Assembly (NCBI GenBank): GCA_004022145.1
Contig: RCNU01000009.1
Source of the DNA: Paecilomyces variotii
Taxonomy: Eukaryota
DNA length: 64,000 nt
Direction: 5' to 3' (one strand)
A model generated the notes under the pieces. The model saw only the letters and a list, made by a program, of their open reading frames with translations. It was not told the origin of the DNA and made no database searches. A program made the position numbers and the translations under genes. Numbering within the stretch: position 1 is the stretch's first letter; the number at the start of each line of letters is the position of its first letter. Below, piece by piece: positions 1-11,292 of the stretch.

Positions 1-1050
1 AGAATATCCGCCATAAAACGCCTCCCAACGTGCGAAAGATGAGCTAGAGAGCCCGTGACGAATTTCCCATGTTTCATCTAGCTACTACGGCGCAGCCACA
101 ACTAAAAATCCTTCGAGTTGATTTTTCATCCTCCAAGGCCCTAACTAATCATACTCCATATTGAGTATTATTAGTCGGCGACGCCGCGACGGATTCTTGT
201 CCCGCCACCGGTAATTACTAACTCGTAGCTACTGAGTTAATAATTTAACCTCGTTAGGGGCCAATCCCCTCCAAAAAAAGAAGCTGAATAAGTTAAGTAA
301 TATTCTTTTCATTCGACGAGAATTATTAGATTTAAGTTAGGCTCAAGTTAGATAGGGCGGAGAGCCGTTTTCTTTTTTTTCTTGGCCTCTCGGTAATCTT
401 CGCCGTTTTATGTTTTCTTAATTCAACTCAATCCAATCCACGGGTCTGGAACTTATTTGAGCCTTTGAGGCTCGTCTAGATAGAAAAGAAAAATGAACTA
501 CATAGGAGAATGAGAATCTACCTCGGGCCTCCCCGAGAACTCCGTGCGCAAACCGCCCTGGCCAGAAGCCGATCCAGCTTCACTTAAGTTAACGAGCTCA
601 CGAACCACTAATAATATGCCTGAATCTGATTCAGTAAAATTAGTCTAGTCAGTGAGTCAGTTAGGCTAGATACTCCGTACCCTATCTAACTAAGCTAACT
701 ACTAACTAACTAACTATATTTAATTACCATATTTTCTTCACAACAAAGTTCAGACTTTCCCCCTTGGCGTTATGCGGCGCAGCAGTGAACATTCCCGAAC
801 CATTATTGGCTGAGGTAAGTTAGTGTGGCATGCATGGTGTTCCTTTTCGGACCGATAAAACTAATTTCCTGCGGATGTGCTGATCCGACGACTCTAGAGG
901 ACCCAAGGGCTTACACTAGATAGACGCTGATATGAGTTGGGTAAATGGACTGGGGGTTAGAGTAGTCTAGGCGGCTACCGCGGTGAATTCTGACGAGGAG
1001 GGGGGGTATCAGGATTAGATGAGGCGGAGGATCTAAGTTATTATTATTGA
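1..1050. pseudogene. Degenerate TpA-rich sequence, probably a RIP-mutated repeat or gene relic running off the left edge
   Basis: Dense TAA/TAG/CTA/TTA words (e.g. 680-725) and no credible ORF. A residual + strand intron-like signal remains (GTAAGT ~815 ... GCTGAT ... CTAG ~897). Family not identifiable by eye. Confidence 0.5.
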
Positions 1051-1372
1051 TGTTACCAGGTTTAGTGATATGATTATGCAGTTCTGTATGACTGTTCAGA
1101 TGGGTAGTATCTTTCTTCATGGGTCTTCTCAGCTGATTGACCTCGAAATCTGTGTTCCAGGAAAGTTGGCGGATATAATACATAATACTCATCAACCACA
1201 GGTTAGATAGACTAGACTAGACTCCATACCAACGCGTCCTGCAGACAGTTGAGACACGGGAAGACAGATCCTTGGGTCAACTAAAGCAACTAACTTGGGC
1301 TTCGGCTGTCAAACTTCGCCTCGGCCCGCTTCGCTCGGGCCGCTCATAGCTCGTGTGACTGTGACTGTGACA
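1051..1372. mobile_element. LTR-like element (~322 bp)
   Basis: Begins TGTTAC (1051) and ends GTGACA (1372), giving TG...CA termini with a 5/6 terminal inverted match. Ends in (TGTGAC)x3, has a GC hairpin CGGCCCG-CTTCGCT-CGGGCCG at 1322-1342, and is TpA-rich inside. No target-site duplication is visible (ATTGA vs AAAAG). Confidence 0.5.
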
Positions 1373-1685
1373 AAAAGTGACAGGGGAGCGCAAGTCGTTG
1401 TTAATTACCGTTACTGTGAGTAAGCTGCAGTCATGGTGCCAGTTTTGTCGTTATGGAACGGAGGGTGTGGATCGCAGGGCGAAGTTGTCTAAGTGGTGGT
1501 TACGTGGTTACTAGTTACTACTAATTGGGACGTATGTATATGTATAGGAAATGTCTGGTTACGGTACATTAGGTATAGATAGATAGATACAAATGAAATG
1601 AAAAAGGGATATAATCTAGTAAAAACATAGAATAGAAGAATGGTCAGGCTTTTTTTTTTTTTCCGAATGGTAACTACCACCGAAT

Positions 1686-3381
1686 TCACCAGCCATTCTC
1701 CCTTCCGTTATTATGCCGTTCGTTCTCCTCGTTATCCATCAGTTCGATCACATCAGAATCACCGCTCTTCGGCAAGATGCTGACAGTATGTTGGACCGTC
1801 TTCGTAATTCCTGTTCCGGTCAAATTCCGCGACGATGAGATCCGGTAGTTCCGGTCTTCGTAGGAGTTCGGGTCGTTAGAGCTGCCAAAGCACGTTGGGA
1901 AGACTCGTCGGAGGATGGATCGGACGGCTGGCATGCATGTGCAGATGATGCTGACGAAGGCTTCCAATACACTCCAGTATGCGGTCGGCACGTTGTCATC
2001 TGTTTTGTTTGGTGATCAGTATATACTCTTCTCTGCTGAATGAACAATAACTTACATGTCGCATTGTTGGACCGGGCGAACTGAACGAGGGAACTGAGAC
2101 GAATGACACTGACAATCGTGATGCTATACCATCTTAGTTAGCCCTTTCCCTGCAGTTATGTAATTGACGGTACTCACAAGAATCCGACGCTGAACATGAG
2201 TATCACATGAACTTTCCTCCTAGTTCCCAGAGCCAGTCGAAGTAGTTGCGGGATCGGTAAAAAGATGACGAACAAGTCGAGGATGATGTTGACAATGGCA
2301 TGAGCCCAAGCAAAAGCGTTGAAATTGATGCAATATCCTTGCGTCTCTCCACTCCACTCAGTCCACCCATACGAGACGGGCCAGCAGTGGAAAACTGTGC
2401 CCAGTGAGAAGACGAGCGCGAATATAATACAGACGCCGATAGTGACGAAGCAAGTGGTTCGGAACGGCTTCGATGGGAACACTTTCAGATACAGACACAG
2501 GATCGTGATTTTGGTGAATCCCATCGCGGCCATGTAGAAGATTTCGGTCAGCCAGGTATACTGCAGTAAAAGCCCTTTAGTTAGTCGAATGCGTCCAATC
2601 GTCCCGGGTGGAATAATAGAGTGACTTACCTGGATGATCTTGGTGATATTGTTGAATGGTAAGGTCCAGATATCTTTTCCGAATCCTAGATGTGACACTA
2701 TTTTGCCGATTAGCATTGGATCGATGGTGTTGTACACCTGCGCATAACTTTCGGACAATAACGTACTGGCAAACTCCAATCCTCCCATCGGGAGCGCGAG
2801 AACCTGCGGGAAAGAAAGGCGACAATTAGTTTCGATCGCTGACGAACTCAGACACCTGCAAGTAACTTACCAGTGATGCGACCGCAGTCATGTCACCAAT
2901 CTGCAGATTGTTATACTGATCCCAGAGTCGGAGGAAAACCGCAATAATAGCAAGGCCTCCTGATACTCCTGTAATGACGGGAGTGACTGTTGTCCTGTCT
3001 CGAATTGGGTCGCCGCAAAGAGTCGATGTTTCATTTTTGGCCGCTTTAGGGATGTCAGCGCGCGCAGAATAGGGAGTATTATCTGGATCTGCTCACTTAA
3101 ACTCTGTTTGATTGTGCAGCTACCGAGGACACAGTCTTGCACACCATTCATCAAGGTCACGTCCGCGCATATACATGCGAAGTCAGTTGCGCTGCAGGTG
3201 GAGTTTGCGAGATATGACCCCAGGCATTTTGTCTGGAAGAGGAAATGCATCAGTTCTGGCCTTTTGGGATAGTAGGGGATCGTTCGCTGCAACATACCGC
3301 ACATGCTGGCATCTGACCCTGGGCTTGAACAATAGCCAAAAGGCCAGCCACGGCTATGGAAAACACCCACTTCACCTTCAT
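1686..3381 (-). CDS. CFEM-domain PTH11-like integral membrane protein (fungal rhodopsin-like GPCR family), multi-exon
   Basis: Exon 1 (3381-3298) encodes a signal peptide MKVKWVFSIAVAGLLAIVQAQGQMPACA. It is followed by CFEM cysteines (TKCL..STC.ATDFACIC..VQDCVLGSC) and PTH11-type TM motifs GFGKDIW, TKITIL.LY..VF, CWPVS..W, NIILDLFVIFLPIP and WSVLEAFVSIICTCMP. GT-AG introns join the ORF pieces. Confidence 0.9.
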
Positions 3382-4896
3382 TGTGCCAAAAAAAAAAGAT
3401 CCCCAAAAAAAGAAACAGAAACAAAAGTACCCAGCGCTTTCGTTAACGAGATCCTTACAACAAAGTCCTCGTCTTCGAGATTACTTAACGCAACGGGACC
3501 GAGGAACTCCTTTGAGATATAAGCACTGTAAATCCACACGATCGGACCCCGGACTCTTAGAAACGCCTTACGGAGTCAGATCAGTGACATATCCAAGAAA
3601 AATAAGAAATAAAGAAATAAAAAGCAATAACTACTCGCTGCTTCCAAGCTTTCGGGTTCGTGTTCCAATACACCTGAGACGATCTGTCAGACTAGTACTA
3701 CGCCTCTTCGCCTGCCGCCTTGGTACCAACCTCTCGGCGCTCCTCGCGCGGCCACATCGCAGTCGGTAATAATACTCAACGTGCGTACCCTAACTAGTCA
3801 GTAAACTCTATACAACATCTTGACAGCTGCGCCGTCCACGAGTCTATCTCTCCGGAGGCGCTGTCCGGCCCCACAATCCGGTGGACCAGCTCGTAAATTT
3901 GGGACATATCAGAAGAGACGCCAAACCAGGAACAACCAGACTACCGGGCGGCGCAGCTTGTTTCAAGACCTGGTCTTCTTCACGCTCTTTTCGCTTTTCT
4001 TCAGTCCTCTTTTCCCAGGATAATGGCACGGCGTCGCCTCAGGGTCGAAGATGGGTAAGCTCGGACTTGGCCATTGTTTTCCGGGGCCAAGGAGTCAGGA
4101 CTGCAGTGGCGCCCTGTCTGATTTAGTGTGCATTAGTCTTCTTGGTTGAAGAAAGTTTTTCGGGAGTCGAGAAGTACCTAATTGTACAGAGACGGGTTCT
4201 CAAAGCTCTGAACCTGGGGTTCCGTGGACTTCTGTTCCCCCTGTATGAAAAGACGGGGAGTTGGCATCTTGTTGAACGAATAAGTGAGGGGTATATGCAA
4301 TCATATGTGAAACCCCCGCCTCTTAGAAATAATATTATGCCGCACCTGATGGGCTTCCTAGAGCTCATGATCTCAATTAGGCCTTCTGGAAAGGATCCGA
4401 CCACGATCTATTCCATATCAAGTTTTCACCCTAGGTATCGTAGCTTATGTAGAGTGCATTAGCCGAACTCTAGGGTAGATATCCCGATTCCCGACAGCTT
4501 TCTGGTGGCGTCTTTCAAACGTCCACAATTTGCGGTTCCGAAGGATGTCCGCTAGAGAGAAGCAGGTTATCCTGGGTGAACGTCCCGAAGAGGTGGATGT
4601 CATTGTCTCGTTCTAGGCAGGTCGCAGCCCGTGGGCTTGAGACGAACGGGCTCGCCACGGGGAACCTAGCTCGTGGACGTTTTGACAGATGGGGTATTAG
4701 TGGTAAGACCGAGTGCTTGGCTAGCATTGTGGATGCCACGCTGCTGACTGTGCTGAGTATAGTATGTAGTTAAAAGAGAGGCTGCGCGAGCAGCTGTATC
4801 CAAAGCCAAATCTGTCCCTTTCTCTTCTTTACTCTCTTTTCTCTTCCATTCCTTGCTGAAGAAGCCTTCGCTTCAGGTAATCTCCAAGTCCTGAAG

Positions 4897-6566
4897 ATGG
4901 CGTTCACAGCGGCTTTGCAGACCGTATCCCCTCTTTATTCTTTAGGCCTGTTTTCTGGTGCCTTTGTTCTGTATTGGATTGTATGGATCATCTATGCCAG
5001 AACCCTTCACCCTCTGAGCAAAGTGCCGGGGCCATGGCTGGCTACCGTCAGCCGAACATGGTACATGCTCCAGATCATCCGGGGTGACATGGAAAAGACA
5101 CAGAGGCGTCTCCATGAGAAGTATGGACCGCTCATCCGGATTGGACCCAATGAAGTCGCCTGTGCTTCGCCAGATGCCATCAAGAAGATCTACCGGATCA
5201 AGGATGCCTTGAACAAGACGGATTTCTATCCTGTCTGGAGTAACAATACCTTCAGCAAGTACCCCGATAACTTCACCGGAATCCTTGACAAGCTTCACGG
5301 CGAGAGAAGGCGCATCGTCAACCATGTCTATTCTCTCTCGAATGTGTTGCAGTCGGAGCGGTACATCGACCGTTGCTCTGAGGTGCTTATGCAGAAGATG
5401 AAGGAGCATACAAACAAGAATGAGCCTTTTGATCTCGGAACATGGGTTCAATGGTGTGTTGTTCAGTCTTTTCTGCGTATCCGTTGCATGAGGATATTAA
5501 CCAGTGCGTAGGTATGCATTCGACGTGATTGGCGAGCTGTACTTCGGCCGGATGTTCGGCTTCATGGAGAAAAGCCATGATCATGAGGGATGGATCAATG
5601 CTCTGGAGCTTCTGACTCCGTTCCTCTGCGTGACAGGAGTCGGTCCAACGTACCTTCGTCCCCTCATCCTGGGCTCGGCCATCGCGGTTCCAGGCTCCCT
5701 CAAAGCTCTGAAAGCCATCGATACAGTCGCGCATGCGGCCAGAGAATGCGTCTCGAAGCGTTTCGGTGAGGGGGCTGTTCAAACTGAAAAGCGTACCGAT
5801 CTCCTGCAGCAGCTCTATGACATCTACCAGGAGAAAGGCGAGAAGGTCGACTTCAAGATGGGCGAAATCACGCAAGAGGCATGGGTTGGCTTGTAAGTGC
5901 AAACAAGTCTCGCTCATCAAGAAGGACCAAACCCCCTCTAACATGAGTTTATCTAGGTTCGCCGGATCGGACACGACTGCCATTGCCTTCCGTGCCGTTT
6001 TCTACTACCTGATGAAGACTCCGTCTGCCTATAACAAGGTCGTTGCAGAGATCGACGAAGCCACTGAGAAAGGAGAGCTCACCTTCCCCTGCAAGTACTC
6101 CGACGCCATCAAGCTCCCCTACCTCTGCGCCTGTATTAAGGAAGCATTCCGTATTCACCCCAGTGTTGGCTTGACCATGGCCCGCCTCGCCCCGGCCGAG
6201 GGCATGGAACTCTGTGGCACATACATCCCGTCTGGCTACCGCGTCGGTATGAACGGTGCTGTCGTCCAGTTTGACAAGTCGATCTTTGGCGAAGACGCAG
6301 ACCAATACCGCCCTGACCGCTGGCTCGAAGGCGACGCGACCAACATGGAAAAGCATATGCTGCACTTCGGTTACGGAACGAGAACCTGCATTGGCAAGAA
6401 TATCTCCCTGGCAGAGCTCCACAAGCTGGTGCCCCAGGTCCTCAGACACTTCAAGATCGAGATGTGGGATCAGAATAAGGAGTGGGAAACTTGCAACACC
6501 TGGTTCGTGAAGCAAACAGGTGTTGAGGTGCGGCTTACGCCAAGGAAAGAAGCCGTGTTGGCTTGA
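4897..6566 (+). CDS. Cytochrome P450 monooxygenase (pisatin-demethylase/benzoate-hydroxylase-like group)
   Basis: N-terminal TM anchor and HPLSKVPGP, I-helix AGSDTTA, ExxR (EAFR), PDRW and heme motif FGYGTRTCIG. Introns 5454-5511 and 5893-5956 join the three ORF pieces in frame. Confidence 0.95.
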
Positions 6567-6828
6567 AGTTCATTCATTCCCCATTGGTGCGGTGTTTACT
6601 TTTCTTTCTTTTTTTTCCTTCTGTTGGATACTATTTCTTTTGGGCTCTGTTTATATATACCTTCCTTTTTCTAGTTCCATATATCAAATTCTGTTTAGAT
6701 TTTCTTATGACGCCAGTCATTATCCCCTAATTGTTCTGTTTGGTTTTTTTTTTTTTGGGATACTATTACTTACCCAGGGGGTGAAGAGGGATCAGACATG
6801 ACAGCATGCAACCCGCATCAACTCACTC

Positions 6829-7345
6829 CCGAGGTAATTAACGGTGGGCTCAGAATAGTGAAGTATTGAACGGCACGATCTCTTGAATATGAATAATAGC
6901 AGCATTCTTACTCAGTCCAATAGCCAGATGTCAGTAAGCCGGACGAACTGAAGTTCAACTGGAAGTATCAGGTACATCATCCGCAGTACTAAAACAGCGG
7001 TATATCCAAGTACCAGTTACCGTGCGTGCCGTGAGCCTCGGCTCTTTTCCAGTGCGGGCCCCGGACCATCTCAAGACTCCATCCGCTTGCTCTCTCTTGT
7101 TTCACCCTTGACTTCGCCCCTTATCGTACAATTGATTGTACTAAGTAGAAGTGGATTGTACTAAGTAGAAGTGTTTATTTTGTCGCAGGTAAGTGGCAAG
7201 ATCTCAAACTCCGTTATTACTGGTTTAAGGGGCTACATATACTGCTCTTTTTCTTCTTTTTTGCCGCTTGTATCTTTCCCCGCATCCGGCTCCGGCGGAG
7301 TTTCGCGGAGCTCGAGCTGCTTCGTCCCACGTTTTAAGACCTCGG
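6829..7345. promoter_or_regulatory. Three CCTCGG/CCGAGG motifs (FarA/FarB-type fatty-acid response elements) upstream of the thiolase
   Basis: CCGAGG 6829-6834, CCTCGG 7036-7041 and CCTCGG 7340-7345. CCTCGG is the established core site of the Aspergillus FarA/FarB Zn2Cys6 factors in beta-oxidation genes. Confidence 0.6.
7134..7173 (+). repeat. Perfect 20-bp tandem duplication (GATTGTACTAAGTAGAAGTG x2)
   Basis: Seen directly at 7134-7153 and 7154-7173. Confidence 0.95.
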
Positions 7346-7488
7346 TTTCCGGGATTCTACATCGTTTCTTGCTTTCCATATATCTTTGTTTCTCATCCGG
7401 CCGGTCATCAGCGCGGTTGGCTTTGGATTTGCGCTGACCGGGCTATCAAGGAGCAACATAATCTGGAGCATTTGCTACAGCGTCGACC

Positions 7489-8927
7489 ATGGCTACGGAA
7501 CGACTGTCCTCTATCCTCAACCACCTGAAGGGAGGCTCCAGTGGTGTTTCTGCAATGTAAGCTCGCAGTCCAGCTTTACAGATCCCCGCATTTCAATCCA
7601 TATACTTACGATCTCGGGATAGCACTCAGAAAAACCCAGATGATATCGTCATCACCCTCGCACTGCGAACGCCGCTGACCAAGGCCAAGAAGGGCGGTTT
7701 CAAGGACACCGATCTAGACTACATCATCTATGCTCTCCTAAAGGAAGTCCTGGCCAAGTCGAAGATCGACCCAGCTCTCATTGAAGACGTTTGCCTCGGA
7801 AACGTGAGTTCTAGTCTTCCACGCGTTCAGGAAACTCCGCATATTGACACTGCCTTTCCAGGTCAATGATGGCAAGGCCGCTTACCTCGTTCGAGCTGCT
7901 TCCCTTGCGGCTGGCATTCCTCACACTTCCGGCGCTTCGTCTGTGAACCGGTTCTGCTCATCTGGTCTAAAGGCCGTGCAGGACATCGCCAACCAGATCC
8001 AGCTGGGTGCCATTGATATCGGAATCGCCATGGGTGCTGAGTCTATGTCTGCGGGTGGGGATCGTCTGGAGAGGCCTTTCAACGAAGAGGTCCTGAAGAC
8101 CCAGGAGGCTGCCGACTGTATGCAGCCTATGGGACAGACCTCCGAGAACGTCGGCGACGACTTTAATATTACCCGTGAGCAGCAGGACCGCTATGCAGCA
8201 GAGTCATACCGCCGGGCAGAGGAGGCACAGAAGGCCGGTTGGTTCGATGATGAGATTGTCCCGATCACAACCAAGATCAAGGACCCCAAGACCGGCGAGG
8301 AGAAGGAGGTCACCTTGACCAAGGACGAAGGCATCCGATATGGCACCACGTATGAATCTTTGAGCAAGATTCGTCCTGCATTCCCCGCATTTGGAAACAA
8401 GTCCACCGGTGGAAATTCCAGTCAGGTCACCGATGGTGGTATGTACCAGCAGTATCATCCTTTCTGAAAACCATCAGCGAGCTAACCATGAATCTCCAGC
8501 TGCTGCTATCCTCCTCATGCGCCGCTCCAAGGCCATTGAACTGAACCAGCCTATCTTGGCCAAGTTCTGCGGCGCCACCGTTGCCGGTGTGCCCCCGCGC
8601 ATCATGGGTATCGGCCCTACAGCCGCCATCCCCAAGCTTCTCAGCAAATTCAACCTGGCCAAGTCCGACATCGACATTTACGAGATCAACGAGGCTTTCG
8701 CTTCCATGGCCGTCTACTGCCTAAATAACCTCGGCCTCGAACATGAGAAGGTCAACCCTCGCGGAGGCGCCATTGCGCTGGGTCACCCACTGGGCGCTAC
8801 TGGTGCACGACAGATCTGTACGATCCTGAGCGAGGCCAGAAGGACGAAGAAGAAGGTCCTCGTCACGAGTATGTGCATTGGTACCGGACAGGGTATGGCT
8901 GGGTTGTTTGTGAATGAGCAGATCTAA
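7489..8927 (+). CDS. POT1: Peroxisomal 3-ketoacyl-CoA thiolase, multi-exon
   Basis: N-terminal PTS2 RLSSILNHL, catalytic NRFCSSGL, EINEAFA, GGAIALGHPLGATG and SMCIGTGQG. Confidence 0.93.
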
Positions 8928-9337
8928 GGAAAATCGAGTTGAAACTTGACTGGGTCGAGGCCTAGTTAGGTAGTGCCGTGTATATACAGTACATTTTGAT
9001 ATGCCATATGACGCTGTCATTTGTTTTGAGATAGCAACTACTAAAAATACGATATCTACTTTAATGCAAAAGGAACGGTTGATTCCGCACTTGTTTCAAG
9101 TATAGTACAGTAATACAATGAGTATCTATCGATTCCCAAGAAAACAAAAGACAGCACGATCTGCTCTAATGCAAACTCCTGGATATCATCAAAAAATAAT
9201 GCAACATGGCATGCTCTCCAAAGACAGGTCGTAATAATCGTAAATCAATAGGATTGCCGCTATGCAATCGAGGCACGAGAGTAATCGGGGAGAGAGAAAC
9301 ACGGTAGTATGGCAACAGAAGACACTGCCCATTCCTC

Positions 9338-10402
9338 CTAGTTATGCTCCGGATTTCTGCCTCTTGCCTTCTCCTTCTTCAACCGTTCCTCCGCCGCTCT
9401 GGCTAATATCTCCCTTCGACTCTCCGTGCCAGTCGCACTGGGACGATCCTCCTTTAATCCACCTAGAACGAACTCGCCACCCGTCCAGCCTCTGTCGTCA
9501 ACTTCCTCCCTACCCGCCTGCTCTTCCCAATCTTGTGGATTATAGAACTCTTGTTCCGTCAACCGGTGGCCAGCACGAGTCCAATCTCCTCTTTCCACCT
9601 CCCCCTCGATTTGCTTGGTCAAGTTCCAAAAGTCACGATCATGTTCGCTAAACACGCAGTGCGCAAGCTCGTGGCAGAGCGTTTTCCGAATCGTTCGATA
9701 GTCGCGATACCCGTCGTATGCATCTGTTCGAAGACGTAACTCGATCACCTCTCCCTTATTCCGATTCAGTCCCAGTGTACGCGATGACTCTGTCGTGTGT
9801 TCGGCCGGGTTCATCTCCGTAAGCAACGGGACGGAGAAGCGGTGTTTTTGCATCGCAAACTTGATCCCTGGATCATCTCGCAGGCGCGCTAGGAACTGGA
9901 GGCTGCGATCTGGATTTGGGAGGTAGGAGAGCGGGAGAAGTCGGTGGAAAGTGTATGTATCTGGTGATGGCGATGATAGAGTGCGTACTCCTCCAGGAGG
10001 ACGGCGGGAGATGCGCGGGTGCGAGGAAGAGGTAGCTCGGGCTTCAAGACGTCTGCGATTTGATGAAACAGCCTCGTTTAAATCTGATATCTCCTGGGCA
10101 GGGCTGCCCAGCAAGGTGATTTTGAACTTTGGCGAAGAGCGAATCGAGTCTGGGAGGAACTCCGCCAACGGAGTATTAGGGAACGGAGCCTTTAGCATGC
10201 CGGGCTTTGGGGAGATGAGGAATTTCTGGTTCTCCGTGGGTATATGTAGTTCTGAGGCGACTGTCGAAGAGAGATCCTGCATCGTAGCAGACGCAGGAAG
10301 AGTGTATGCATGAGGAGAACCTCGATAGTGGATAGTGAGCGTTATCGCATTCTCCGAATCCATTGCGGAGAGAGATGCAGGGTGTTCCCCGGACGTGCTC
10401 AT
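9338..10402 (-). CDS. UBL-WLM domain zinc metalloprotease (Wss1-like)
   Basis: N-terminal ubiquitin-like segment, WLM core LGLNRNKG..IELRLRT and HELAH (HExxH), and a C-terminal VCP-interacting-type motif RREILARAAEER. First ATG in the ORF is at 10402. Confidence 0.88.
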   Translation of the reverse strand: MSTSGEHPASLSAMDSENAITLTIHYRGSPHAYTLPASATMQDLSSTVASELHIPTENQKFLISPKPGMLKAPFPNTPLAEFLPDSIRSSPKFKITLLGSPAQEISDLNEAVSSNRRRLEARATSSSHPRISRRPPGGVRTLSSPSPDTYTFHRLLPLSYLPNPDRSLQFLARLRDDPGIKFAMQKHRFSVPLLTEMNPAEHTTESSRTLGLNRNKGEVIELRLRTDAYDGYRDYRTIRKTLCHELAHCVFSEHDRDFWNLTKQIEGEVERGDWTRAGHRLTEQEFYNPQDWEEQAGREEVDDRGWTGGEFVLGGLKEDRPSATGTESRREILARAAEERLKKEKARGRNPEHN

Positions 10403-10566
10403 ATAACAATTGTAGGGCGGAAACTGAAGCTGTATTCTGTGATTCTTAAATAGATACGTGAGTAAGAGTGAGAGAAACGCGAGGAATGAACAGAGGCAAA
10501 GAGGCGTGGCTGACAATTACATATCGACTCTTCTCCGTCTTCTCTCCGCATCGGTTGCCTTCTAGA

Positions 10567-10576
10567 GTCACGTGAC
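10567..10576. promoter_or_regulatory. Palindromic E-box GTCACGTGAC (bHLH/Cbf1-type site) upstream of the WLM gene
   Basis: Perfect 10-bp palindrome ~165 bp upstream of the ATG at 10402. Function is inferred. Confidence 0.35.
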
Positions 10577-10597
10577 ATTTACGATGTCAGCTGTTGA

Positions 10598-10625
10598 TAG
10601 TTAGTTAGTTAGTTAGTTAGTTAGT
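10598..10625. repeat. (TAGT)n microsatellite
   Basis: About seven tandem TAGT units seen directly. Confidence 0.9.
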
Positions 10626-10881
10626 CATTGACTAAGGCATTCGATGAGGCATGCATTTTAAACTGTGTACCTGGATTCTAGTTGATATCTGTTTTAGCTA
10701 ATGAAACTGGATTGTCTTAATCTAGTTTTACTTGGTGGCTATATTTCCAACGGAATTCCAACATAGAATGACGTTCTCAGATGGCGATCTAAAGGCGCAA
10801 TTAATAAGCTCGGGCGAGCCCACGGCACAGAATATTCGAAAAGGCACATTAACCAAAATCTTCTCAACAATTCCAACAAAG

Positions 10882-10953
10882 TCCGATGTGGTGTAATGGC
10901 TAACATCGCTGTCTCTCACACAGCAGCTCGGGGTTCGATTCCCCGCATCGGAG
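10882..10953 (+). tRNA. tRNA-Glu(CTC), copy 1
   Basis: 72 nt. Acceptor TCCGATG/CATCGGA, anticodon arm GCTGT-CT-CTC-AC-ACAGC, T-loop GGTTCGATTCC, and a T5 terminator at 10968-10972. Confidence 0.97.
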
Positions 10954-11292
10954 AGATTAAGATTTCCTTTTTGTTTCCGAAATTTTTTGGCCTGGTTACG
11001 GGTGATAGTATCGGGTATTGATTTTATCACGACTGGTTTATGCGGTTTTATTCTTTTTTTTTTTCTTTTCCTCTCTTCTGTGCCGCTATTCGCGAGCTCT
11101 ATAGTGGTTTTGACTAGTTTTCTGTAGGATTATTTCCCAGTATCATGACGTTCTCAGATGCGTAGCTAAGTGCTCCGCACCGATACTGCAGTCTAGTCTC
11201 AGGAGCTATAATAGTTCCTTCACTCTTGAACGGCGGCCGATCGTGGTATAGCGACCGAGAGCACTGCAGTGATTCTTCTCAGGCAGCTAGCC

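Noticed and set aside
10728-11030. 100-aa minus-strand ORF
   Set aside because: Runs antisense through the tRNA-Glu gene; spurious.
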